A program made the position numbers and the translations under genes. A stretch of DNA of 64,000 nucleotides, taken from positions 412,920,001-412,984,000 of the forward strand of contig OZ024740.1 of the NCBI GenBank assembly GCA_964016885.1, in the 5' to 3' direction. The notes beneath the pieces were generated by a model. The model was not told the DNA's origin. It saw nothing but the letters and a program-made list of their open reading frames with translations, and did no database searches. Of this stretch, positions 44,252-57,746 are shown in pieces. The DNA is from Eledone cirrhosa. Its lineage: Eukaryota. Numbering within the stretch: position 1 is the stretch's first letter; every line of letters starts with the position of its first letter.

Positions 44252-44950
44252 TACATATGTATACATGTTTTTGCGTGCGCACGTGTGTGTGTGTTGTATA
44301 AGGGGAGTGACTAAAATAGAAGCCTATATTTCTATGAAACCATTTATTAAATATATTTTTAGCCTCACTTTGTAAATACATCATAAGCTAAATCAGTGAT
44401 CTACCAGCAGATCAAACTGGCGAACAGTTTCTTCAGATTAGTTTATTTTGTTTTTTTTATCGAATGTCCGTCAATGTATACTCCTGTTCGTTCTGCAAGT
44501 CAGAAATCTGTTTAGGGCTCCATATAGATTATGCTATGAACAGCATTCATCCCATTATCCTATTGGATATCAGTACTTCTGTTTGCACTAGAGAAAGTCA
44601 TGACAGATTGTGTGTGAAAAATTCTAAATAAGATTACATATGTAACTTTAAAAAATATTGGCATTTTCTCTCTACAGATATAAAACCTGTCAAAATTACT
44701 AAACATCCATAATTTATTGACGGGAAAAAAGCTAAAAGAAGAGCCGTATCGGTTCACCGCACGATATTTGCTGCTACTTTCTGCGGAAACGTGGTGAATG
44801 ACCAAGTCTATTTATACAACGAATCTATTTACATAGTAAATCACTAAACATTTTGAATAGAGAGTTTTGCGCTTATACAACGCATACTATAATTAATTTG
44901 ATCTAAGGTAGACGGACGGTGGTAAACAAAATCGGTAATACGATTCAACC
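43700..44950 (-). pseudogene. Possible second decayed GPCR, split by a microsatellite
   Basis: FFKVTYVILFRIF..VMTFSSAN (TM5-like), MALSADFIILNIPVVIGALW (TM6-like), YIYFLS (TM7-like), in the expected order. Confidence 0.35.
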
Positions 44951-45036
44951 AACCTCTTGGTCTTTGAGGGGCTTCGAATTCCCATGTATACTACCTTCTG
45001 AAAACATTGTAAGTGCGCGCATGTGTGTATGTATGT

Positions 45037-45077
<41 letters not shown>

Positions 45078-45654
45078 ATTATGAAGAGAGAAGAAACATT
45101 AGATATAATTAGTAATAAGATGTATCATACCTAAACTGCTTCTAAATTCCTCGACTACGTACTTTCGTGGCATAATCAAAAACAATACATCACAGAGATA
45201 TACAATTTTTGTGAAGTCTGCCGACTTATCAAGAGGATACCTCATTAAGGGTTTCAAAAACACGTCTGTAAGATGCGAGATAGAATCCAAAAAGGCGGAG
45301 GGGGAGTCAATCACGTGATACAGCGGTCAAGAAACAGAGCTAAGCCTCTTTTAACCCTGAAAAAAATACCACGGAGGCGGAGGGGTTATTTATATCGAGG
45401 CCGTAGAAGAGGTGGTTAAGGAGGCAAGAAGTATGAGTAATGGTAGCTTTCCAGCAGTCACTACACTTCAAGGGTTACTCGACCAAAGGGAGTTATAAAC
45501 AATATATAGAGAAACACACAGATACATGCGGACACACACATATACATGAATATATCCACATCCATCCTTGAGTTAATGGTGCCAACCTTAACCGATCTTG
45601 CTCTATGAATAACTGGGACAAACCATTCCGAATGGATTAGACTGAACCAGTATC

Positions 45655-45695
<41 letters not shown>

Positions 45696-46052
45696 TATTG
45701 AAGTTTGCTTGAAGCAATGTGGAATAATAAGTAAATATCTTTAAGTCGTTTGGAAGCCTCGACAATGCAAATGGGTAAATTTCCGGGTAACAAGATCCGG
45801 TGGTGGAGATGGAGAGAGAGATGTAAGTGGTGTACGTTGAGATGCGTGGTGTGTATAAGATGTGTAAATGTGTAGAAGAAAGAAGGGAAGAGTATAAAGG
45901 ATAAAATAAAAATAACAACACAAGAGAGAGTTACCTTGGGAGAGATTTAATAGTCCCTATATATTTCGGATTCACATCCATCAACTGGGGTTTTTTCCGG
46001 GGTAAAGGTTGTCTCTGTCGGACAGGTGCGAAACGCGTCCTCCGCTGTTTGT

Positions 46053-46140
<88 letters not shown>

Positions 46141-46149
46141 TATATATAT

Positions 46150-46650
46150 ATCAACATGAAAATCCGAAGGCAAGGTAAAATTCCAATCATTTAATCACGA
46201 CACATGTTTCAATAAGAGATAGATCGATTGTGAAGCCATGACCGATTATCACTGATCTCATCAGGTGAAACTGAATTGTCTTCAAATTCTTGATATGAGG
46301 GAGAAAAATAACGATGTTCTCTCACAGAATTCATTCCCTCATATGAGAGAACATCGTTATTTTTCTCCCTCATATCAAGAATTTGAAGACAATTCATTTT
46401 CACCTGATGAGATCAGTGATAATCGATCATGGCTTCACAATCGATCTATCTCTTATTGAAACATGTGTCGTGATTAAATGATTGGAATTTTACCTTGCCT
46501 TCGGATTTTCATGTTGATACTTATACTCCGTTTTACATCATCTAGCTGTTCCCTTGAATGGAATTGGAGATATACGTGGAGAACTTAATATGCTAACATA
46601 AAGTTATTGGACCATTTTACACAACCAATATTGCACCTATTATAACAACT
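46150..46650. mobile_element. Near-perfect fold-back with an HHR in each arm (46195-46268 -, 46400-46473 +)
   Basis: 46151-46325 is the reverse complement of 46343-46518; tcac-CTGATGA-...-GAAA-CATGTG-TC^gtga. Confidence 0.88.
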
Positions 46651-46750
46651 ATATATATATATAACAACTATATATATATATACGCATATATATATATATA
46701 TATATATATATACGATATATTAACAAATGGAAACTATATTTATAAAACCA

Positions 46751-46823
46751 TATTTATTTCATTATACATATTTCAAGGACACCAAGTTAAATTATGGTGT
46801 GCTTTCATCAGATAAAATATAAT
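46751..46823 (-). ncRNA. Hammerhead ribozyme (same family as 21884)
   Basis: Reverse complement: tattttat-CTGATGA-aagcacacca...tggtgtcctt-GAAA-TATGTA-TA^atgaaata. Confidence 0.85.
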
Positions 46824-46891
46824 ATATATCAGTTTTATAAATACATATTGATATACCCTTAAAGAATGCGACCATTTCTGTTGGAAGCTCC

Positions 46892-46944
<53 letters not shown>

Positions 46945-47010
46945 ATACTTGGGGAGGGTCATGTTTGCGTAATATTGCCAGAATTAATAACAGAACACAT
47001 ATCTATATAG

Positions 47011-47081
<71 letters not shown>

Positions 47082-47616
47082 ACATATATATATATATACA
47101 TAACAAACACGAGAAGAAAGAAGAATACTGCGTGGTTTGCACATGGGTTACATATGATAAAAATAGTCCTTCGTCAGTGATTTTCCAATCATCATTGGTA
47201 TTTCATCGCATTAAAAATCAGATACCTCAGGTTGGTGCGAGCAATAAGCTAAACAAGTTATTGGGACCAGTCATCGCGTAAAGTGAGGGGGACAAGTGAA
47301 CAACATAGAAGGATAAAAACAAACCATATATATATATATATATATAAGCAAAGAGATATTTAATCCAAATGGAACCTGAACGGTTAAGATCTGGTTTATC
47401 GGGTAATAGTAAAATAGAAATAGTAAAATAGAAATAGTAAAATAGAAGAAATAGCCCAACATGCTGACAAAGAAAGAGAAAAGTGAGGCGTAGAAAAGGT
47501 AAAATGATAGAATAGAGGAAAACAGACCGAGTGGGGGTGATGTCTATTATATGATAGTTTCAAAAAAGAAATTCTGCTTGATTATTCATATGCATGTTCA
47601 AATATATATGAGATCG

Positions 47617-48255
47617 TACGTGTGTGGCTGTAAGGTGGTGTGAGAGTGTGATTGTGAGGACGTGTGTGGCTGTAAGTGGGTGTGAGTGTCTGGTTGTAAG
47701 GACGTGTGTGGCTGTAAGTAGATGTGAGTGTGTGATTGTAAGGACGTGTGTGGCTGTAAGTAGATGTGATAGTGTGATTGTGAGGACGTGTGTGGCTGTA
47801 AGTAGATGTGAGGGTATGGTTGTAAGGACGTGTGTGGCTGTAAGTAGATGTGAGAGTGTGATTTTGAGGACGTGTGTGGCTGTAAGTAGATGTGAGAGTG
47901 TGATTGTAAGGACGTGTGTGGCTGTGAGTAGATGTGAGAGTATGATTGTAAGGACGTGTGTGGCTGTAAGTAGATGTGAGAGTGTGATTTTGAGGACGTG
48001 TGTGGCTGTAAGTAGATGTGAGAGTGTGATTGTAAGGACGTGTGTGGCTGTAAGTAGATGTGAGAGTGTGATTTTGAGGACGTGTCTAGTTGTAAGTAGA
48101 TGTGAGGGTGTGATTGTGAGTTAATGTGTGGCTGTAAGTATATGTGAGGGTGTGATTGTGAGCACGTGTGTGGCTGTAAGTAGATGTGAGGGTGTGATTG
48201 TAAGGACGTGTGTGGCTGTAAGTGGGTGTGAGAGTGTGATTGTAAGGACGTGTGT
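47617..48255. repeat. 42-bp minisatellite, about 15 copies
   Basis: GGACGTGTGTGGCTGTAAGTAGATGTGAGAGTGTGATTGTAA. Confidence 0.95.
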
Positions 48256-48630
48256 GTATGCTTTGCGTCATCATTTTCTCGCTGATGTTTGTGGCAAAAG
48301 TGAAGTGGACATAGAATTTCTTTGATCGAATCTTTAATACTGTTTCAGTTATCCGGCATTTCATGTCGGCTTCACACGCACTCATAATTATTGCGCAATA
48401 TATTTCCGATTGATTAAACGAATCAAACCAGTGTTATTCAATTTTAAGTGGAAACGATAATGAAAACAAAATAGTTTAAAAAAACACTGTAATAAAGAAA
48501 TTTATTTTGAAATGTGTCCAGCTGAAAGATATTTAGATGTCTTTCTAAAGGTTAAAGTCAAGTAGTTGTTACAATTATATTATTGTGTTGCTGTTAAGGT
48601 CGATCACAAATATTAAAGTAAAAATCAAAA

Positions 48631-48704
<74 letters not shown>

Positions 48705-48710
48705 GATTTT

Positions 48711-49652
48711 TACGCATTTCTTCTAACTCTAATTATATACCTAATTGTGTATGGTTGACGGTATATTTAATCGATTTCCACGTGCTGTTGAAATGTTGGG
48801 TAAATACTCTATTGCGGTCGGCCGCGAAGAGGCTGCGGTCGTTTATTTGTCAAATATTTCTTCATAGGAGCCTTTTAATCTTATAGCCTGTTCTAATTGA
48901 TATTTTATGTGGTTAATTATGCTAATTGGGAGAGGAAATGGTGTATATATTTTATCAATTGATTCTTTGGACATACTTTATGATATATTGCTCTGATTAT
49001 TTAATTTATTAATTCTTCATTGAGCCACATCGTGAATGGTTGCCACATATATATCTGTGACTTTGTTTACTTTGTATATGTAAATCTTTATATTTAATAA
49101 TATCCCATTAGGTTGAGATGCAATTTGGGCAATATTGGGCTGCGCTTCCTAGCAACCAGCCAAACTCGCCGTAAGCAACCAATCACATTCTTTCTAACTT
49201 GACCACTGCCACGTAATTATTCTTAGCCATTTTGAATCTGTTTCTGGCGGGGATCGCTTTGGAAAATTACCTGCCCTATGAGTTTGTTTCCTCATCAGTT
49301 CGAAACTCGAGATTTTATCCTTAATATGATATCTCAAAACGCGAACGAAACCCGGGGGTAGAGACATAATCCTGGTAAGAGTGTACGCATTTCTTCTAAC
49401 TCTAATTTTATACCTAATTGTGTATGGTTGATGGTATATTTAGTCGATTTTCACGTGCTGTTGAAATGTCGGGTAAAACTCTATGGCGGTCGGCCGCGAA
49501 GAGGCTGCTGTCATTTATTTATCAAATATTTCTTCATAGGAGCCTTTTAATCTTATAGGCTGGTCTAATTGATTTTTTATGTGGTTAATTATGCTAATTA
49601 GGAGAGGAAATGTATATATTTTATCAATTGATTCTATGGACATACTTTATGA
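48711..49652. repeat. ~670-bp unit in partial tandem (1.4 copies)
   Basis: TACGCATTTCTTCTAACTCTAAT at 48711 and about 49384; same family as 8057-9470. Confidence 0.85.
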
Positions 49653-49960
49653 TGTATATATACATATATATATATATGTGTGTATATTTATATACATATG
49701 TATAAATATGAATATGAATCTATGTATCTGTGTATATGAGTATTAAACGTACATTGGAGTCGAACCCACATCTTTGGTTATCCAGGCCAGAGGGTTCTAA
49801 ACCTTATTATCAGGCTAAAATGTCTTTAGTGAAAGCTTCTATTTCTAATTCCAAACACGCTCGTAACATTCAAAACATAATTGTCGTTATACTTGCTAAG
49901 AATGAAGCATCTAATTTGACTGAAAGGAGACGGGTAAAAGATGGTCAAAAGTGTTCCAAG

Positions 49961-50031
49961 TATTTTATTATGCGCATTTCAAAAACAAATATCATCATGA
50001 GATGATATCTGCCTTTTCATCAGATAAAATA
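49961..50031 (-). ncRNA. Intact-looking type I hammerhead ribozyme
   Basis: Reverse complement: tattttat-CTGATGA-aaaggcagatatcatc/tcat/gatgatatttgttttt-GAAA-TGCGCA-TA^ataaaata. Confidence 0.88.
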
Positions 50032-50521
50032 GGGATACATGATATGAAGTTTAAAAAACACTTGTGAATAGTTAAGTTTTAAATCAACATATGAAAAATA
50101 ATTTAAGATTGATGTGTGATATTGGGAAAAAGTGAGGGGGGGGGGGGGGGAAGTGTGAGAAAGAGGAGGAGATGAGAGTAGAGAATGGTGGGAGATGAAT
50201 ATAAGAAGGGAGGATGAGAGAGGAGGAGAGATGGGTGATAGAGAGAGAGAGATAGCCTTTACAACTGAGAAAAATATATATTGTCTCACAGAGAGAAGTT
50301 AAAAAGCCGTTGGAAGATAATAGATAATTTAAAAGAATTTGAAATTAAAAGTTGATGAAGAGAAAAATGGGGTTAAGAATAATATTAAATTAAGGTTTGT
50401 ATATTGAAGGCTTTAATAATATGTGCGAGGAAAAGAAATTGTTAATATGTATTATTAAAATAAAAATATTAAAATATTAATATTAACATTGCTTTATTGT
50501 ACTACAATAAAACTCACCTCC

Positions 50522-50596
<75 letters not shown>

Positions 50597-50598
<2 letters not shown>

Positions 50599-50709
50599 CG
50601 AAGGAAATGTGGTAAGGAACCAGGTGGACCATAACGCACCAAAGTACTCAATACTTAGGGTAGTAGAGTGGGTAATAGGAACGAGTAAGACCCCGGGGTC
50701 TTACTCGTT

Positions 50710-50713
<4 letters not shown>
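50597..50713. mobile_element. Short fold-back copy of the 27492 family
   Basis: TAGGAACGAGTAAGACCCC|GGGGTCTTACTCGTTCCTA palindrome. Confidence 0.85.
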
Positions 50714-50782
<69 letters not shown>

Positions 50783-50988
50783 GTGGTTAGATCATCCGGA
50801 GAGAAGGCGATCGAATTTACAGAATATATTTAAAGTTTGTGTTGACATTTAAAGATCTACTCATGTCTAGAGTTTAATAAGTCGTTCAACTGCCATATTT
50901 CTTTCAACAGCTCGACTGAGTTCTGCGAGTTCGAGCTTATAAGATAGTGGGTGTGTATCTTGAGACAGTTTTATATATAAACCCGTCT

Positions 50989-51327
50989 AAACCCATGCTA
51001 GCGTGGAAATAGACGTTAAACGATGATTATGATGATGATATATATATATATATATATAGTAATAATAATAAATTTGAAGACTAAAATCCAAAGAGGACTC
51101 GATAAGGATAAATATATATCAAATATATAAGAACCGTAGAGCAAATATTTATTAAAATAACAGATTAAAGTTTAAGCAAAGAATCGCTAAGGGTGAAAGC
51201 AGCGATTCCTTGCTTAAACTTTAATCTGTTATTTTAATAAATATTTGCTCTACGGTTCTTATATATTTGATATATATTTATCCTTATCGAGCCCTCTTTG
51301 GATTTTAGTCTTCAAATTTATTATTAT

Positions 51328-51379
<52 letters not shown>

Positions 51380-51471
51380 TCATAATCATCGTTTAACGTC
51401 TATTTCCACGCTAGCATGGGTTTAAGGGTGAAAGCAGCGATTCTTTGCTTAAACTTTAATCTGTTATTTTA

Positions 51472-51476
<5 letters not shown>
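50989..51476. mobile_element. Nested fold-back (outer arms 50989-51188 / 51200-51423) of the 6441-6720 family
   Basis: The mirrored arms include flanking DNA and a (TA)n tract. Copies restart at TAAGGGTGAAAGCAGCG (51188 and 51423). Confidence 0.8.
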
Positions 51477-51512
<36 letters not shown>

Positions 51513-51647
51513 AATTTTAGTAAAGCATTAACGAAGCTATAGTTTGCGGCCAAGCTAACGAATGCTTTAGCAGTCGAATGGGAATAGTACCGCAGAGTAA
51601 TAACAATACGTTTAGCTTATAAAATGAAATATAGCGATCGGATATAT

Positions 51648-51692
<45 letters not shown>

Positions 51693-51716
51693 TAATTTAC
51701 AGATAATTGAGAATAG

Positions 51717-51798
51717 ACTCCCTGATGACGCAATGAATTCTCGACAGTTGGATTACGTAACTGTCTTTATCCCATTGCAGAAACTAATTAGTTGGAGT
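51717..51798 (+). ncRNA. Hammerhead ribozyme with branched stem II
   Basis: actcc-CTGATGA-cgcaatg...gacagtt/../aactgtc...cattgca-GAAA-CTAATTAG-TT^ggagt. Confidence 0.85.
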
Positions 51799-51883
51799 GA
51801 AAATTTAAGTAAGTAAGTTAAAACATTTTTTTAAAACTTTTTTTAAAAAACTTTTTTTAAAAATTTTCTTATTTTACGTCTTT

Positions 51884-51921
<38 letters not shown>

Positions 51922-51929
51922 TTTGTTTC

Positions 51930-52142
51930 TGAATTTGTTTAGCAAGATTCTTTAACTGGAAACGTGTGTTGAAACCGATATTGTTATACTTTGGGAGAGT
52001 CATGTTGCCAATAAGAAACACACGCACCAGTTGCTTTCACTCCAATTTATTATAAATTTAATTTATAATAAATTGGAGTGAAAGCAGGTGATTCGTGTGT
52101 TTCTTATTGGCAACATGACCCTCCCAAAGTATAACAATATAT
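51930..52142. mobile_element. Fold-back related to the terminus of the 33620 family
   Basis: About 51979-52056 is the reverse complement of 52060-52140; GAAA-CCGATATTG-TT^ATACTT. Confidence 0.7.
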
Positions 52143-52539
52143 ATATATACAACACACATGCCGATAAAAGTTACGTAGTGATAAATGGATGTATATATAT
52201 GAGGAGAGAAAATCAAATGAAGTTGTACAAGCAGACAATGAAGTTACGAGAGAGAGTGAGAGAAAAAAAGGTGTGGATGAGAGAAAAAAGTAGAAAGAAC
52301 GAAAAAAAAAGTGCAATGAGGGAGAAAAACAAAGATAGGACGACGGAAACAAATAACTATAACAAGGTAAAAAGAAAGGTGAAATAGTTTCAATGTTAGT
52401 GGTCAGGTTAGAGCCGAGGAAATATTATTTTTTATAGCTATTGGAGAAATAAAGGACCTGGTGATCTGTGAAGGGGGGCTAACAGGTGATAAAATATAAT
52501 GGTTTCTGATTTACGCACAAGGTCAACAATTCTGACGGA

Positions 52540-52695
52540 GGGAAATAACAACTCAATTGACCCAAGTGAGTTACTGGTACTTTCATCGACTCCGTAAGAA
52601 TGAAAGGCAATGTTAACCTCGGCGGGGTTCCCACTTAGAACATAAAGGGCCGTAAATCGATGCCGCAAATCATATTGTCCGGCGCTCTACCGATA
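52540..52695 (-). mobile_element. Diverged SINE copy
   Basis: ACTGGTACTTTCATCGACTCCGTAAGAATGAAAGGCAATGTTAACCTCGGCGG. Confidence 0.75.
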
Positions 52696-52753
52696 CAGAA
52701 AATGGTAATCGATGCAAATCTCGAGGAATCCTTAAACCTGTAAAATACAAATA

Positions 52754-53421
52754 TGGTGAATCTTTGCTCATCCGGACGGTCAAAACCAAACAGTTAGAAA
52801 AAGATCCGGTTAAGTGAAATATCCGGATAAGTGAATTCTAAAATCCCATTGTTACATAATGCTCGTGGTTTCTAATGTTTTGGCTTTTTTAGTCAAAATA
52901 AAAGACAAATGCTAAGTAAAGAAAGTTTATTAGAATAACAAAAGAACAGCTAGTATTTATAAGAAAATTAATTAAACAAACATAAGAATAACTAAAAACT
53001 TGGTAAAACTGAATTGAGTCAAACCATAAAAAGTTAGTACTTTTATAAAAATGAATAAATAGAAGATTGTTTTCGCGCCGAAGCTCGTCGTTCCGCTACC
53101 ATTTCCCGCTACCATTTCCACGCAGCAGCTTAACGGTCAACCACTTCCCTCGTGCTTATCGCACGTAAAAATTGAATCATTCCCGTGTCCCCTTTTCCGA
53201 TCAAATCCCGCAGCAATTGTTTTCTGTAAATCCGCTTTAGTGTTTCCAAAAGTCCCAGGTCCATTGGCTCAATAAGTGACGTAACGTTCGCCGGAAGAAA
53301 TACTGCCCGAATCTGTCCGTCTGCCGAAATCAAGTCCTCCTCATCCAGAGGTAGTATATACATAGCCGTCCGGTAAATCGAATTTCCGAAAAGCGATATC
53401 CGGATAAGCGAAGATGCACTG
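52754..53421 (-). mobile_element. Internally deleted pogo/Tigger DNA transposon
   Basis: FLPANVTSLIEPMDLGLLETLKRIYRK (DDE_1 motif). Imperfect TIRs TGGTGAATCTTTGCTCATCCGG / CCGGATAAGCGAAGATGCACTG. Confidence 0.8.
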
Positions 53422-54199
53422 TTAATCAATGCCAGGCTGAACACTTGTAATTAAACAAAAGAACTCTAAAATATACATGTAAACAGGTATGTTTTCTATA
53501 AATATGTTACAATCTCGTGTACCCCCCCCCCCCACACACAAATATGTATATATGTATATATATATATATATATACATATGTATATGTATATACATATATG
53601 TATGTTTGTATGTGTGTATATATAGACAACCACGAGATTTAACCGTACATGTGCGTGTGTGTGCGTGTGCTCGTTTGTGTGACTGTTTTCGTATGATAAA
53701 TTTATTTAGATTTAGATCACTATTTCATTATTTCTCTTCATATATTTCTTTATATTATATAACCATTCTCTATTTTACTTATAATCTCCGGAGAAACCAG
53801 TTTTCTGTTTCCCACGTTTTAGCTATCATTTGGTTAGCGCTTCAAGTCATCAGTTTATTCAACTAATTTATTCGCTCTGAACTGGGTTAAGATTTAAATT
53901 TCATACTACCTATGTTCGCCTCGTTCGCCTATATGTTCAGTCTATTATCATATTTATCTATTGTACATTATTTCTTCTTATTAATCTATATGCATCATTT
54001 GCTCTTTTTGTCTTCTTTTAGCTATTAACTGCAGACAGACATTTCCAGCTGATATTTTAAAACCCATCCTCTTTCTTTCTTTCATACTTTAGTTCCTCTA
54101 CTCTTTCTTCCATATCTCATTTTACTAGTCTCCATCATGCCATTCACTCTAATGTAGAGATTCTAACATGTTTGACAGAACACCATGATCAGTCACCAT

Positions 54200-55430
54200 A
54201 TAGTCATATAAGGGAACTAGATGTAGATGAATGGTTTGGGAAAGTACTGCAGAGATTATTTCAGTAAAGTCGGTAATGAGCTTTGTGAAGGATTCAATGT
54301 ACAGGAAGATGTTAATCATGACGTAGTCCTCAGCTCAACCCTGTTTATTATTATTCTCTAGGAAATACCAGGTCTGCCGGTAAGCTTCTGTATGCGGACG
54401 ACCTGCTTCTGATACTTAAATCTGTAATAGAATTATGAAATAAATTTTGGTTGTGAAACATAATTAGGAATCGAGAGAGCTAATAGTAAACTTGGCAAGA
54501 AGCGAAGTTCCAGAAAGAAGAATGGAATCTGGTTTCATCAGAGAAAGTAGATGAGCGTGATAGGTAGAAAACGAATCGTGTGTACACGTTGTAAATATTG
54601 AGTTCAAAAGAGGAGTAATGAGACAGCGGAATACGAACAGAAAAATACACTTTGAATGCGGTAGATGTACAGTGAAATTTACATTTTCCAATACTGAGAA
54701 CGCTCCATAGAAGTAGAAGATAGGTTCTGTTAGCTTAATATGGATTGCTAGTATCGGTAGAGGGTCGGATGCCATGCTTTGCAGCAAAGAGTTACAGCCC
54801 TTTATGGTCTGAGTTCAAATCCCGCCGAGGTTAACTTTGCCTTTCATCCTTACGGGGTCGATAAAATAAAGTACCAGTAATACACTGGGGTAATTGCTGG
54901 CCTTGTGCCAAAAGTAGAAACAATTATTAGTGAATAAAATTGCTCTGAGAACATAGGAGTTAAAATTAGAATACGATAAAAAAAAATTCAAGAAGCTACG
55001 AATGAATATCAGCCTGTATGATAGTTGTAATGTGGTATATTGCATGGTTGTGAGATATTAGCAATAGATTAAATGATATCCTAAAGATGGGGGAAAATGA
55101 AGTGAGTATAGTTCAAATGCTGTGGCATATTGGTGTGCATAAATGACGGAGCATTGATCAGCTGAGTCAAAATCTGCATATAAGAGGAATCGGATTTAGG
55201 ATGCAAGATTTTGACCTGTACCAGGACAATTTCTGCCATCCTTTGAGTATGCAATGCGTATAAATGATGAGCTTTGATTAAAAGAATTCCTCTAATTTCA
55301 AGTGGAAGGGAGTTATAATTTGAGGAAGGCAAAGGATGGCATTGATATGTGTAATGGGCACTGAACTTCGAAGGACTGAACGCGTCTGAAATGGTAAATG
55401 AATGCAACGAGTGGAAAGAAGTTATGCTGG
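54200..55430 (+). pseudogene. Old RTE-like LINE RT remnant interrupted by a SINE
   Basis: VGNELCEGFNVQEDV..VLSSTLFIIIL, LLYADDLLLI at about 54270-54415. Downstream extent is approximate. Confidence 0.6.
54742..54922 (+). mobile_element. tRNA-derived SINE
   Basis: Matches the SINE consensus. Confidence 0.9.
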
Positions 55431-55469
55431 AAATTACACCCCCAACCCATACAAGCGTAAATAATCAAC

Positions 55470-55990
55470 GTAAAGTGATACATATGGGGATACATAGTGA
55501 TACATAAAGTGATACACATGGGGATACATATGGGGATACATAGTGACACATAAAGTGATACACATGGGGATACATATGGGGATACATAGTGACACATAAA
55601 GTGATACACATGGGGATACATATGGGGATACATAGTGATACATAAAGTAATACACATGGGGATACATATGGGGATACATAGTGACACATAAAGTGATACA
55701 CATGGGGATACATATGGGGATACATAGTGACACATAAAGTGATACACATGGGGATACATATGGGGATACATAGTGATACATAAAGTGATACACATGGGGA
55801 TACATATGGGGATACATAGTGATACATAGTGATACATGAAGTGATACATATGGGGATATATAGTGATACATAAAGTGATACATATGGGGATACATATGGG
55901 GATACATAGTGATACATAAAGTGATACATATGGGGATACATATGGGGATACATAGTGACACATAAAGTAATACATATGGGGGTAAATATG
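55470..55990. repeat. 46-bp minisatellite built from GATACA(T/C)A subunits
   Basis: GTGATACACATGGGGATACATATGGGGATACATAGTGACACATAAA. Confidence 0.95.
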
Positions 55991-56300
55991 GGGAGCTTGA
56001 TGAATATTATTATCTAATTTATTTTATTATGTGTTGATTCATCTAAGAATGGAAAACATAAATACGTTTATTTTGAAACACACGGATATATATCTATTCC
56101 ACCTTCACTACATGTAGTCATAGATATTAACCATCATTTCTGTTTGGAAGTGAATTACAGATGTGTTCTAAATACTTTTGAAATACTACAGAAAAATATC
56201 GGGAAAAAAACCTACATTTCCATCGCCAGGAGATATTTAAAAATGTCATTGATACTAAATTTATATGTCTACTGTCTCTCTCTCTGTATCTATCTCTCTA

Positions 56301-56396
<96 letters not shown>

Positions 56397-56961
56397 TCTC
56401 TCTCTCTCTCTCTGTTCATCTATCTCACATTCTATGATTTCGTTTCTCGAAATCTCTTCATTTCTGTATATTACTATCAGACTCGGTTATCTTTCCTCTG
56501 TATATCTTTCCATATAACGAAGGAGATATAGGGAAAGAGAAAAATATATAAAAGAGAAACAAAGTAAACAACATAAAAAATTCAGTATACGATCTAAAGA
56601 TGCTGAAGCACACATTGAGACAGACTAGGAAACTGACAGAGAGAAAAGAGAGTGGGAATAAATGAAATGTCTAAGTGTTTCCAAAATAGCACCTGATGTT
56701 AATTTTATATTTTCACCAGAATATTTTTTCAGGAAATATGAATATGATCATTGTATTTAACATGCACCGAGAAATATATGCTAATATCTATAACGTCACA
56801 TATGGAAAACCATATATATTTCAAGTTTCATATGCCAGATCACTTTCAAATGGTTTTAAAGTGAATATATTTATTTATTTGTGTATTTACATGTGTTCAC
56901 CTTCTTACTAATCAAGTTTACGGTAGTAGATTTCATCCTCATTCTACCATACTAACAAAAC

Positions 56962-57180
56962 ATAACCCTTTAATATTTAATCCGGCCAGAATTGTCTCAC
57001 CTCTTTCTCTTCAAACCAACTGCAACCGGCCGCTCACACTGACGTTAAGCTATTGTTTTCAAAATAAATACTATCAAAATCTCATAGATTCTATATTATG
57101 TGAGATAAGTGTGTAAGATAAAGCCTTTACCACAAACATACAATAGTATATGTAGAGTAATGTAAATGCTAAAGGGTTAA
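56962..57180. mobile_element. Putative TTAA-type (piggyBac-like) MITE
   Basis: ATAACCCTTTAATATTTA ... TAAATGCTAAAGGGTTAA terminal inverted repeats. Confidence 0.55.
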
Positions 57181-57686
57181 GAGTATGTCGGCCTCGTGAT
57201 ACCGGCCGATAAAATACCATTGTCTCGGATGACGGCGAGGGAGACAGCTAAAGCAGCTTCACCAACTCGTAGGGCTCGGACGTATGGATAGCCAACGCTC
57301 CGTTAGCAGTGAGCAGGGATGTGGTTCGGGGGCCAAGAACACTGGAAGTTTCTCAAGCACAGGTGTATTATAGAGCAACGGATATTTTAACAGTTTTCCC
57401 CCATCGGCTTGGCGCCAAGTGAAGCCTGAATTGGTAGTCGAACGCACGATGTTGAAGCTTGAAATGATGTCACAACCTGGAGTATCCCAGATGAGGGGCT
57501 TAAACCCACGGAACGAGAAGATTGTCATGCCACCGGGCCTTTTACCGCCCCCTTGGTCCAGCCACGATGCCTCGAGTTGGAAAGGGAACCCTAGACGTTC
57601 AGACTATGCTTCTTGATCTCTTTGAGTGCAGCATGCTGTGGAGGGCAGCCAAAACTTTAATGGTATATAAAGAATCGACAATGGAA

Positions 57687-57746
<60 letters not shown>

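Noticed and set aside
47617-48255. 166-aa Cys-rich repeat ORF or CRISPR-like array
   Set aside because: Contiguous 42-bp minisatellite with no unique spacers. The frame stays open because the unit is a multiple of 3, and a stop occurs in a later copy.
55313-55990. Long Tyr/His/Met/Cys ORFs in three frames
   Set aside because: A 46-bp minisatellite lacking stops; no coding evidence.
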